Positions 38,858 to 48,344 of a stretch of DNA of 64,000 bases are shown here, one piece after another. The stretch comes from Candidatus Helarchaeota archaeon (lineage in GTDB: Archaea; Asgardarchaeota; Lokiarchaeia; Helarchaeales; RDOG01). The stretch covers positions 471,536-535,535 of the forward strand of contig JAHPZH010000001.1 in NCBI GenBank assembly GCA_019058315.1, written 5' to 3'. Position 1 is the first letter of the stretch. The number at the start of each line of letters is the position of its first letter. The notes beneath the pieces are model-generated. The model did not search any database. It was not told where the DNA came from and worked only from the letters and a program-made list of their open reading frames with translations. The position numbers and the translations under genes were made by a program.

Positions 38858-39328
38858 ATGAAATCAATTAGCCTAAGTAGAAAAAAAGAAGATTATATAA
38901 AAGCTATAAAAAAAATTATTGAGAAAGAAAATTTTGCTAGAACAAAAGATATTGCTAATGAACTTAATATAACACCACCTAGTGTTTCTGAAATGCTAAA
39001 AAAATTACGAAATGAAGGTGTTATAAATTATGAAAAAAATAAACCTATCACATTTACTGAAAAAGGGGAAAAAATTGCTAAAGAAATAACCGAGGAATAT
39101 CAAGTACTTTCTCAATTATTAATTAATCTTTTAGTACCAGAAGAAATTGCATTACTTGATGCCTGTAATATGGAACATAATTTACATGAAGAAACAGTAA
39201 TTCAATTGAAAAGATTTGTAAAATTTATTGAGTCGGTGCCTGATACACCAAAATGGTTAACTCATTTTGAGGAATTTTGTCAATCTGGAACATTTGAATG
39301 CAAAGAAATTGAAAAAAGTATAAAGTAA
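38858..39328 (+). CDS. DtxR/MntR-family metal-dependent regulator
   Basis: EDYIKAI, ARTKDIA..L...PPSVSEML, DACNMEH. Confidence 0.93.
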   Translation: MKSISLSRKKEDYIKAIKKIIEKENFARTKDIANELNITPPSVSEMLKKLRNEGVINYEKNKPITFTEKGEKIAKEITEEYQVLSQLLINLLVPEEIALLDACNMEHNLHEETVIQLKRFVKFIESVPDTPKWLTHFEEFCQSGTFECKEIEKSIK

Positions 39329-39434
39329 ATCATAGAATTTTAAATAATTACTTAAAAAAAATTCACTAGATTCTTTGATCCTCTTTTTTTTATAGGAAAA
39401 GTTCTACTTAAAATCGTTAAGACTCATGATATCT

Positions 39435-40130
39435 TTATATCCAACGCTTCTTGCCCTTCTTCTTCCGATGTTTTAGTTCTCTATCTGCCCAATGCTTCCA
39501 CTCCTTTCTCCAGTGTTCCCGACCAGTTTTTTTCGCTTCTACCAAAATTCTACTAGCCTGCCCAAAGCCAAGCATTAGTTCAGATCCTCTTACTTTAATT
39601 TTAACTGGTCCTCTATGTGAGCTTGTTTCTAAAATTTTTATCTCACAGTTACCACATAGACCTAATTCACTTAACCTATGGGTAATCCCATACCCCCCCT
39701 CAATCCTAACTAATCTTGCTACATCTCCCTTCTCTAAAAAAGTAAGTGGAACGATTCTTCTCCAATATTTATAATGCCTTAAAATATGCTCTAAACTTCT
39801 ATCTGTTGCATGACTGGAGATATGTTCCAATATATCAGAATAAATATGAGCAACATGATGTCCTATTTTTAGAATTTTTTTAAAAAAATCCTCAAATAAT
39901 TCATGTCTTTTATAAACACTCTTTGCAACTTCAAAACCTTTATCTGTAAAGTTAAACTCATGATTTTCGTAAGTAATATAGCCTTTTTCTATAAGTTCCT
40001 CAATATTTTTTTGGACTTCGGATTGTTCGGTTTCCAATATTAAAGCTATATCTTCATTTTCAATTTTCTTTTTATCTAAAGATAAAATGTATATGATTTT
40101 TAAGTAATCTTCTAAAGTCTTATTCTTCAT
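39435..40130 (-). CDS. DtxR-family regulator with C-terminal FeoA domain
   Basis: LEDYLKIIY, RHELFEDF, LEH, FeoA domain (RLSELGL..GPVKIKVRG); likely start MKNKTLEDY at 40130. Confidence 0.88.
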   Translation of the reverse strand: MKNKTLEDYLKIIYILSLDKKKIENEDIALILETEQSEVQKNIEELIEKGYITYENHEFNFTDKGFEVAKSVYKRHELFEDFFKKILKIGHHVAHIYSDILEHISSHATDRSLEHILRHYKYWRRIVPLTFLEKGDVARLVRIEGGYGITHRLSELGLCGNCEIKILETSSHRGPVKIKVRGSELMLGFGQASRILVEAKKTGREHWRKEWKHWADRELKHRKKKGKKRWI

Positions 40131-40426
40131 TTCAATTAAGTACTCAATAATTTTTCTAAAAAACAATAATAAGGTAAATAAAAAAATCTTAGGCAATTAA
40201 AACTTTATGTAGAGATTGAATTTAATAAACCCAAATTGCCTCCTTACTTTATTTTCATTCTATATCTGGAATTTAAGGTGAAAAAATAAGATTACAACAA
40301 AAAAAATTAGCAATTCTAATTTAAAGTTTTAGTTTTTAACGTATTTTTAACCCAATCCAGATTTATTTAAATATTAAAAAATATTTAAAAAAGGTAACTT
40401 ACTTTAACTATCACGTTAATTTAAAT

Positions 40427-41632
40427 TTGGTAAAAACCTTGGAAGAGGATAATTTAATTAAGTCGGAAAATTCTAAAAATATAGTATTATTAGGAATTTT
40501 AGCATTATTAACAATTATATCAGTATCTATACTACATGCTAATGAATACGAATTTATAGTTATTAGATTTTATGGGCTAACTCTTTTTGAAACATCACTT
40601 TTCGATTCAATGTTATACATGTCTTATTTAATTATGGGTATTTCTGCTGGTATTCTATCAGATCGGTTTGGAAAACGAAAAATTTTTATTATTATTGGTA
40701 GTGGGTGTAGTATAATCTTTTTTTGGTTAATGACTATTACTTTAGAATTTGGTTTTTTACTAATTTTCAGATTTTTCCAAGGAGCATTTACAGTTTTGAG
40801 TTGGCAAGTTCTAATGACAATAGTTCTAGATTTATCCACATCTGAAAATAGGGGAAAAAACATGGGTGTTTTTGGAATTTTTCTCGCTTCTGCAATGGGC
40901 GTTGGTCCAGTTTTAGGAGGTTTATTTGCAAATTTAGGAGTATTTATTCCTTATTATGCTGCAATGATCTTCAATGGAATAGTTTTTCTAGCCACTCTTT
41001 TTCTAATGGAACCGAAACAAATTAAAAAGAATCCATCTTTTAAAAAAATTTTAACTAGTATCCAGAGACACCCTAAATTAATTATTCCTGGACTTTTTAA
41101 TTTTGTAGATCGTCTTCATATGGGATTCATTATATTTATACTTCCAATGTATCTACAATTCATTTTGTATAAAGGGCCTGAACTTCGAGGAATGGTTTTA
41201 GGATTATATGCCCTGCCACTAATACTTCTTCAATATCCAATTGGTAGATTATCTGATAAATTTGGGCGTTATAAACCGTTAATCATTGGAAGTCTAGGAT
41301 ATGGTATTATTTTAATTTCAATAGCTTTTTTTGGATCATATGGAATTTTAATGCTTATAATTTTATTTATTATCTTAGGCGTCCTCGCTGGAATAACTAC
41401 TCCTCCAGCGATGGCTTTAATTGGGGATATAGTTAACAAAGAAGAAAATGCTATAGGGATGGGTTTTTTTAATTTTGTTGGTAATGTTGGAATAATTATT
41501 GGTCCATTAATCGCTGGATATATAATAACCATTAGTAATTTTGATCTTGCATTTCTAATTGCAGGTCTAATAGAATTAATCTCGCTTGGGGTAATATTAT
41601 TAATTCTTTTCAAATTTAAGGAACTTAGCTAG
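40427..41632 (+). CDS. MFS transporter
   Basis: GILSDRFGKRK and GRLSDKFGR motif A; 12 TM segments. Confidence 0.93.
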   Translation: MVKTLEEDNLIKSENSKNIVLLGILALLTIISVSILHANEYEFIVIRFYGLTLFETSLFDSMLYMSYLIMGISAGILSDRFGKRKIFIIIGSGCSIIFFWLMTITLEFGFLLIFRFFQGAFTVLSWQVLMTIVLDLSTSENRGKNMGVFGIFLASAMGVGPVLGGLFANLGVFIPYYAAMIFNGIVFLATLFLMEPKQIKKNPSFKKILTSIQRHPKLIIPGLFNFVDRLHMGFIIFILPMYLQFILYKGPELRGMVLGLYALPLILLQYPIGRLSDKFGRYKPLIIGSLGYGIILISIAFFGSYGILMLIILFIILGVLAGITTPPAMALIGDIVNKEENAIGMGFFNFVGNVGIIIGPLIAGYIITISNFDLAFLIAGLIELISLGVILLILFKFKELS

Positions 41633-41667
41633 TACATATAAGAAACATAAAAAATTGGCGAGATAAA

Positions 41668-42762
41668 TTGGACATCCTATTTGCTCATAATAAAAAAGAA
41701 GGAATAGAATTTATTGAGAGACTTAAAGGAAAAAATCCGGGATTTATTTGTGTTATTGGTAACACTGAAACTGCAAAAATATCTGGAATATCAGTTGCTG
41801 GAGCAAATCCAGAAATAACCGATTTTACTCCTGCGGCAGACTGTGAATTATTATATTTTGGAGAATGTAAATGTATTCCCGGTGTACCTATTACTCCAGA
41901 TGGGATTCCAACACCAGGTTTAATCACTATGTCTGCATTAAATTTGGCAGACCTATCTAAACTTGTCGTTATTGGTGGTGTGCGAGTATATCCCCAAATC
42001 CCCTATGTAGAGGTAGGAGGTTCTCCTGGGAGTGATATTAGAACTGGAAATGCAGTAAAAAATGTAAAAGAAGTTATTGGTAGGTCTATAATATTAGGAG
42101 AAAATTTAGCTGATTATTGCGATAAACTTAATTATTTGGTGATTGGAGAAAGTATTGCTGGAGGGACCACAACTACACTAGGTGTATTGAGTGCTATGGG
42201 CATAGAGGGAAAAGGTAAGGTGAGTTCCAGTATGCCTATTAATCCTCATAAATTAAAACAAGAAATAATTGAAGAAGGTATGAAATCAGCAAATCTTGAA
42301 TTTGGAAGCTGTAAAGATGATCCTATTAAGGCAATTGAATGTTTAGGAGATCCAATGATACCTGCTTGTGCGGGATTGGTCCTAGGTGCAGGAAAAAAAA
42401 TTCCTATCTTATTGGCTGGAGGTACCCAAATGACTAGTATATTAGCTGTGGTAAAAAAAATTAATCCTAAAATCCTAAAAAATCTAGCTATTGGTACCAC
42501 AAGATGGATTATTGAAGATGAACAATCTGATATTAAAGGAATTGTAGATCAAATAGAAACTATCCCCATTTTAGCCGTTAATCTCGATTTTAATAAATTA
42601 AAAGCTGAAGGTCTAAAGGCTTATGAAAAAGATATCGCTAAGGAAGGTGTGGGTGCTGGAGGTTCTTCTATTGCTGCTATTCTCAAAAATGAAAATATAA
42701 ATACAGATACACTGCTTGTAGAAATAGAGAAAAACTATGAAATTTTAATGACCAAAAAATAG
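41668..42762 (+). CDS. cobT: Archaeal nicotinate-nucleotide--dimethylbenzimidazole phosphoribosyltransferase (UPF0284)
   Basis: TPAADCE, GESIAGGTTT, LAGGTQM, KEGVGAGG. Confidence 0.9.
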   Translation: MDILFAHNKKEGIEFIERLKGKNPGFICVIGNTETAKISGISVAGANPEITDFTPAADCELLYFGECKCIPGVPITPDGIPTPGLITMSALNLADLSKLVVIGGVRVYPQIPYVEVGGSPGSDIRTGNAVKNVKEVIGRSIILGENLADYCDKLNYLVIGESIAGGTTTTLGVLSAMGIEGKGKVSSSMPINPHKLKQEIIEEGMKSANLEFGSCKDDPIKAIECLGDPMIPACAGLVLGAGKKIPILLAGGTQMTSILAVVKKINPKILKNLAIGTTRWIIEDEQSDIKGIVDQIETIPILAVNLDFNKLKAEGLKAYEKDIAKEGVGAGGSSIAAILKNENINTDTLLVEIEKNYEILMTKK

Positions 42763-42816
42763 GTTTTTATTAAATAAAATTAGAGTATATTAAAGAGATA
42801 TTTAATTCTTAAATAA

Positions 42817-43050
42817 TTATTCTACACTAGCTACTTTTTGTTTTTCTCTTTCATCTCTGAGAAAATCCACGTAACATTCTTTACATAATTTTAAGCCGTC
42901 TTTATTTTCCAAAAAAAAAGTTTTACCAATTTCTTTATCTTCTACATAATAGGACATTTTCTTTTGTCCACAGTACGGACATGTAATTTTACCTGCTTTA
43001 TAAAGTTTTTTTCCTTTATAGAAATTATCAAATTCATCATAAACTTTCAA
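42817..43050 (-). CDS. Small zinc-finger protein
   Basis: CPYC...CKEC. Confidence 0.65.
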   Translation of the reverse strand: MKVYDEFDNFYKGKKLYKAGKITCPYCGQKKMSYYVEDKEIGKTFFLENKDGLKLCKECYVDFLRDEREKQKVASVE

Positions 43051-43095
43051 AAATATCCCATCTTTATTTTTTTATCTAATAATGATTGAAGGAGT

Positions 43096-45264
43096 TCATA
43101 TTAAAATCTTTTTTTCCGTTAATAGCTCTTTAGCTTTTAAGGAAACTTTCTTATTCTTGTCATTGAGGCAAATTATTAGTGGGGGGATAATTCTATTAGA
43201 ATTAATCTTACTTAATTCATCGATTACTTCTAACTTTGTTTTCAAATCATTTTTTTGTAATTTTTTAATCTGTATCTTAATTTTAATATCATCTTCTATT
43301 TCAGATAATGCCCACAATATGGTACCTCGTAACTCTGCTTCTTCAGCCAGCTCCAATATTGGTTTTACAGCTTTTTTATTTCCAATTTTTCCTAAAGCCA
43401 AAATAATTTCTTTTTTACTATTAATTGGTTCATTATTTAATAAATCCAATAATTTATCTAGAGCCTCGGGATCTCGCAGAATCCCCAATGCCCTTATAGC
43501 TTCCAGTCTGACTAATTGGACATCATCCAGCTTTTTTAATAAATAATGTGAAATATTTTTATCTCCTATTAATCCCAAAATTTCAACAGTCTTTGCTCTA
43601 ATATTTGGATCATCGTCTTCTAATGTAGTTAATAAATTAGTTACGATTGACGGATCACTAATTTTTTCAAATGCATCCAGGACTTTTAATCTAATTTTAG
43701 GATTTGGATTGTCTAAAAATGGAATTAACGGTTCAATAGCTTCTCTGTCTCTTAATTTACCCAAAGAAATTATTGTTTCCCAGATTACGTTTTTATTTTC
43801 ACTATTTAATTTTTTAATTAATGGTGTAACTGCTAATGTATTACCTAACTCACCCAAAGCTCCAATAACCTTAGCTTGGACATCATAGGAATTATCATTT
43901 AAATGCAAAATTAAAGGTTTAATCGCCTCTTGGTCTCCAATTTTTCCTAACGCTTCGGCAACTTTTGCCCTTGTACATGAGTCTGATTCTTCAAAAATTT
44001 TTAAAAGTGGTTTGATTTTTGTTATACCAATATTACCAATAATTTCAATAATTTTAATTCTTATTAAAGGGTCTTCTTCCACCTTTAAAAGCTCAAGTAA
44101 TGAATAAGCAATAGTTTCAAACTGGTAAATTTCCTCTGGTGTCAATTGATCAAAAATTCTATGTATTTTCAAGAATGATAAATTAATTTTATCTAAAATT
44201 CTTAATTTAAATTCTAATGCCATGTTGGAGAAATTTTTAAATAACAAAAGATAGCCATCTATGTTTCCAATCTCTAATAAAATAAAAATTATTTTATCCA
44301 TCAATTCTCTATCTTTGAAATCCAGAGTTCTTTCAAAAAAAAGTAAAGTTTTTCGATTTTGGATGCAATTAAAAAACCAAAAAATTTTTTGCTTCACAAT
44401 AGAATTTGAAATATCAAATGATTTTAGTAAAGAATAAAGAATTCTTTCATTCACCTTTTTTTCTATTAGATAATTAATTTTTAATTTAACTTCATCATCT
44501 TCAGTATGGTAAATTCTATAAAGATAATCAATAAGGTTGAATTTATCATACAATTTCTCAAACCAATCCCCTTCTATGTCTGCATAATCAATTAGAGCTT
44601 TAAGTTGAATATAAATCTGAAATTCATACAAATCTTCGTCTTCAATTAATTTGTAAATAATTTCCAAAATTTCATCTAATCTGATTTTTAAGAGTGTTGA
44701 CGAGGCAAAACCATTGTCAATTAAAATATTAAATGCTTGATGGATAATATTCAAATCAAAAGATTCATATACTGGAATAGTTTCCCAAAAAAAAGCATCT
44801 AGATTAGAAATTGTGACCGAAAGTTCATCCCAATTAGATAACTTGATTTTTCTTGATTCTATCTTCTCCCCTTCTATGGAATAATCAATAAGAATTTTAT
44901 AACATCCAATTTTGCTTATAATCTTCTTTTTTTCAGGAGTTTCGACAAATACTCTCAATTCTAATTCATTTTTTTCAAATCGAAGGGCAAATCGGGCTTG
45001 TATTTCTTGATCTTCAAAAAAAGCTGGAGATAAAATATAAGCCTTATTTTTTATTTTTTCAATTTTCCACCTAGTTTTAGTCCAATAACTAGTTCTAAAA
45101 ACTTTATCACTAATTCTGGAACCAAAAAGGGTCTCAGCTTCTCCTGAAAAAAAACCTAAACTGCCTAAATATAATTTAAATTCCCGATCTTTTACTAATT
45201 TATCAAATGATAATTTTTTAAATTTTGCTACTTGAAGATCGTATATTTTCGCTTTATAATCCAT
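43096..45264 (-). CDS. HEAT (PBS-lyase-like) repeat protein with unique N-terminal region
   Basis: About nine repeats of VR..A..ALG.IGD..A..PL...L.D. Confidence 0.9.
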   Translation of the reverse strand: MDYKAKIYDLQVAKFKKLSFDKLVKDREFKLYLGSLGFFSGEAETLFGSRISDKVFRTSYWTKTRWKIEKIKNKAYILSPAFFEDQEIQARFALRFEKNELELRVFVETPEKKKIISKIGCYKILIDYSIEGEKIESRKIKLSNWDELSVTISNLDAFFWETIPVYESFDLNIIHQAFNILIDNGFASSTLLKIRLDEILEIIYKLIEDEDLYEFQIYIQLKALIDYADIEGDWFEKLYDKFNLIDYLYRIYHTEDDEVKLKINYLIEKKVNERILYSLLKSFDISNSIVKQKIFWFFNCIQNRKTLLFFERTLDFKDRELMDKIIFILLEIGNIDGYLLLFKNFSNMALEFKLRILDKINLSFLKIHRIFDQLTPEEIYQFETIAYSLLELLKVEEDPLIRIKIIEIIGNIGITKIKPLLKIFEESDSCTRAKVAEALGKIGDQEAIKPLILHLNDNSYDVQAKVIGALGELGNTLAVTPLIKKLNSENKNVIWETIISLGKLRDREAIEPLIPFLDNPNPKIRLKVLDAFEKISDPSIVTNLLTTLEDDDPNIRAKTVEILGLIGDKNISHYLLKKLDDVQLVRLEAIRALGILRDPEALDKLLDLLNNEPINSKKEIILALGKIGNKKAVKPILELAEEAELRGTILWALSEIEDDIKIKIQIKKLQKNDLKTKLEVIDELSKINSNRIIPPLIICLNDKNKKVSLKAKELLTEKKILI

Positions 45265-45363
45265 CTAAATCGCAATTAATAATCTAATAGAAATAAATAA
45301 AATTATAAGATGCAACTAAGGAAAAATTATAAACCATATTTATGATTTGAAAAACCACAGAAT

Positions 45364-46191
45364 TTATTCTTTAAGCTCTTTATTATATTCTTTTAAAGTT
45401 TCTTGAACTTCCCAATTTTTATGTATAATTCTACATAATGCCCTTACCAGTACTGTTGGATTCTCTGATTGAAATACATTTCGACCATATGCAACACCTG
45501 CTCCCCCTGCTTCAATAGAATCTTTAGTCATTTTCAATAATTGTTCTATCGGACTACCACGAGCATTTTCTTTTATTTTAGGTCCCCCAGCAATGACAAC
45601 GGGGGCTCCACACCCTGCAGTAACTTCTTTAAAAGTTTCAATTGAGCCCGTATAATTTGTTTTTACGATATCCACTCCAAGTTCAGCAGCAATTCTAGCT
45701 ACATGTTTAACAACTTTTACATCGTGTTCATTTATCTCATGCCCTCGTGGATACATCATCGCTAAAAGTGGCATGCTCCATTCAAAAGCTTTGCTTGATA
45801 CTTTTCCTAATGTGGATAACATTTCATGTTCTCGTTCATCTCCGATATTGATATGGACAGAAACTGCGTCTGCTCCAAATTTGATAGCATCTTCAATTGA
45901 AGTAACTTGAATTTTAGAATTTGGATATGGACCTAGACTAGTGCTTGCACTTAAATGTATTATTAACCCTACATCTTTACCATGTTTCCTATGGCCATAA
46001 ATTGGTAGACCGATATGACCCAGTACAGCATTCGCTCCTCCTTCAGCAACTTTATCAACCATTTCACCTAGATCAATAAGTCCTTTTATTGGACCAGCAC
46101 CCATACCATGATCCATTGGTATTATAATGGTCCTTCTCGTATTCCTATTAATAATTCGTTCAAGCCTAATTGCTTTTCCAATTGAACTCAA
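45364..46191 (-). CDS. 2-amino-3,7-dideoxy-D-threo-hept-6-ulosonate synthase / DhnA-type class I aldolase
   Basis: IGKAIRLERI, PMDHG, AMMYPRG, ELGVDIVKT, IAGGPK, GRNVFQ. Confidence 0.9.
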   Translation of the reverse strand: MSSIGKAIRLERIINRNTRRTIIIPMDHGMGAGPIKGLIDLGEMVDKVAEGGANAVLGHIGLPIYGHRKHGKDVGLIIHLSASTSLGPYPNSKIQVTSIEDAIKFGADAVSVHINIGDEREHEMLSTLGKVSSKAFEWSMPLLAMMYPRGHEINEHDVKVVKHVARIAAELGVDIVKTNYTGSIETFKEVTAGCGAPVVIAGGPKIKENARGSPIEQLLKMTKDSIEAGGAGVAYGRNVFQSENPTVLVRALCRIIHKNWEVQETLKEYNKELKE

Positions 46192-46277
46192 TGAATTTCA
46201 CCAAATAGGATTTCAATTTTAAATTATAAAAATGTTGATAATATTTGGATTTAAAAAATTAAAAATATTTTAAGTTG

Positions 46278-47483
46278 TTAAATTACTTTTTTCTGTTTCA
46301 ATTCTTGGATTTCTGATTCTTTATAACCCAATTCTGTTAAAATTTCTTCGGTATGTTGTCCCATTGGAGGTGCAGCAAATAGAAAAGATGCTGGAGTATC
46401 TGACATTTTTATTGGGAAACCAATTTGTTTCATGGTCTTTCCTTCACCAAGAGGAACTTTAATAATCATCTCTCTATGTTTTACTTGGGGATCATCTTCA
46501 ACTTCCCAAATCTCATTCATAGGAGCGACGCATGTGTCAACTTTCCTCAATTCATCTAACCAAGTATCCCGATCTTTTGTTTTAAAGATCTCTCCGAATT
46601 TTTTAAAAATCGCCTCTTGATCACCCTCTCCAAAAAACTCAGTTGCACTTTTTGAAAGATCTTCAATTCCCAACACTTTTACTAAGTTGTTGTAAAATTT
46701 AGGTTCTAATGCTCCTATGGTAATAAATTTCCCATCTTTACACTCATATATGTGATATTCAGGAAGTGCTCCAGATAAATTTAATCTTCCTGGTTCTGGT
46801 TTTATATTATCTACCAAGTATGAAGCTAAAATCATTGGTAAGTAACTTAAAGTTCCATCCATCATAGCAATATCAATATATTGGCCACGACCAGTTCTTT
46901 CTCTAGCAACAAGTGCAGCTAATATACCAATAACCGAATGGAGTCCTCCACCAAACATATCTCCTATCTGAACTCCAGGAACTACCGGTTTTCTAGTAGT
47001 TCTGTCCCTAGTTACAGATGCTACACCAGATACACCAATATAATTTAAATCATGTCCCGCATAATCCCTATAAGGACCATCTTGACCATATCCTGTTATT
47101 GAACAATAAATTATTCTCGGATTTATCTTTGAAATTGTTTCATAATCAATTCCTAGTTTTTTTACTACTCCTGGACGATATTGCTCTACAATTACGTCTG
47201 CTGTTTTTGCTAATTTTAAAAAAATTTCTCTTCCTTCATTTGTTTTTAAATTTAATGAAAGATTTTTTTTATTACGATTTAAGTTATGATAGAAATAACT
47301 TTCTCCACGTTTAGTCCCAGGAACTTCCACTAATGGGGGAAAAAATCGTACAGCGTCTATCCTTACTTTAGATTCAATTTTTATAACTTCCGCACCAAAA
47401 TCCGAAAGATATCTTGTACCAAAAGGTCCGGGAAATAACATTGTTAAGTCTAAAACTCTAATTCCCTCTAATGCTAATGTCAT
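46278..47483 (-). CDS. CaiB/BaiF family CoA-transferase III
   Basis: LEGIRVLDL, GAEVIKIE, NRNKK, SITGYGQDGPY, GHDLNY. Confidence 0.95.
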   Translation of the reverse strand: MTLALEGIRVLDLTMLFPGPFGTRYLSDFGAEVIKIESKVRIDAVRFFPPLVEVPGTKRGESYFYHNLNRNKKNLSLNLKTNEGREIFLKLAKTADVIVEQYRPGVVKKLGIDYETISKINPRIIYCSITGYGQDGPYRDYAGHDLNYIGVSGVASVTRDRTTRKPVVPGVQIGDMFGGGLHSVIGILAALVARERTGRGQYIDIAMMDGTLSYLPMILASYLVDNIKPEPGRLNLSGALPEYHIYECKDGKFITIGALEPKFYNNLVKVLGIEDLSKSATEFFGEGDQEAIFKKFGEIFKTKDRDTWLDELRKVDTCVAPMNEIWEVEDDPQVKHREMIIKVPLGEGKTMKQIGFPIKMSDTPASFLFAAPPMGQHTEEILTELGYKESEIQELKQKKVI

Positions 47484-47636
47484 ATTTATCTTCTCATTTA
47501 ATTTTTTAATAATGTTTTTATAAAAACATATTACAGAATTAATTTATTTTAAAATTATCTTGTAAATAATTTTTTTATTATTTCACATCTGTAATAAACA
47601 GTTATAACAATTTTTCCTTTAATATTAACTTCTTTT

Positions 47637-47858
47637 CTATTGTTTATAAGCTAACTTTATATCAGAGTCGATAATGGTTTTTCTACGAGCATGCTCTGCC
47701 AAATCTCTCGCCATAATAGCAATCTCAATTCCAATTTCTTCTAAAATTGTTCCCAACATTCTAACCGCCTTTTCAGAAACTCTATCTGCTTTTGCTTCTC
47801 TTATGAGACGATCAATTGGTGCTAATGGAAGTATCTTTTCTCTACTTCTTTGAGTCAA
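47637..47858 (-). CDS. Archaeal histone
   Basis: LPLAPIDRLIR..RVS..A....LEE...A.HARRKTI...DIKLA. Confidence 0.95.
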   Translation of the reverse strand: MTQRSREKILPLAPIDRLIREAKADRVSEKAVRMLGTILEEIGIEIAIMARDLAEHARRKTIIDSDIKLAYKQ

Positions 47859-47919
47859 AAAATCACCTTTTATAATTGCAAATAAAATGAGAATTAAAAT
47901 AAGAATGTTAAATTATTTT

Positions 47920-48324
47920 TTATTCTTGCTTTTTACGTTCTTTAATATCTTCTAATTCAATAATATCTTGCATTCTTTTCAATTCTTTTGATTCTGCGAG
48001 ATCTTTCAGTTCTTTTAATCTGAGCTCAAGGTTTTTTTCTAAATAATTTGTTGTATTAATGATCTTTTGAATATCAGGGTCTTTTTTTCTTAAATCAGAT
48101 GCTATATCCCAAATATCATCACCAATTGTTTTACCTTCTTTAAGCAATGTTATTAGCCCTTTTTCATATAATGTTACCAAAAATTGTAGTAATTCTAACA
48201 GAGTTATTTTAAATTCATTTGCGATTTTTTTAGCAGGAACTCCAACATATCTATGTTTTGAAAGATAATAGAATATTTTTCCCTCAAATGTGAAAAAATC
48301 TGGAAGTCTTTTCTTTTTAAGCAT
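47920..48324 (-). CDS. Hypothetical protein (wHTH-like N-terminus plus coiled coil)
   Basis: Downstream of, and probably co-transcribed with, the giant protein gene. Confidence 0.65.
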   Translation of the reverse strand: MLKKKRLPDFFTFEGKIFYYLSKHRYVGVPAKKIANEFKITLLELLQFLVTLYEKGLITLLKEGKTIGDDIWDIASDLRKKDPDIQKIINTTNYLEKNLELRLKELKDLAESKELKRMQDIIELEDIKERKKQE

Positions 48325-48344
48325 TGAATATACTCCATTAATAT

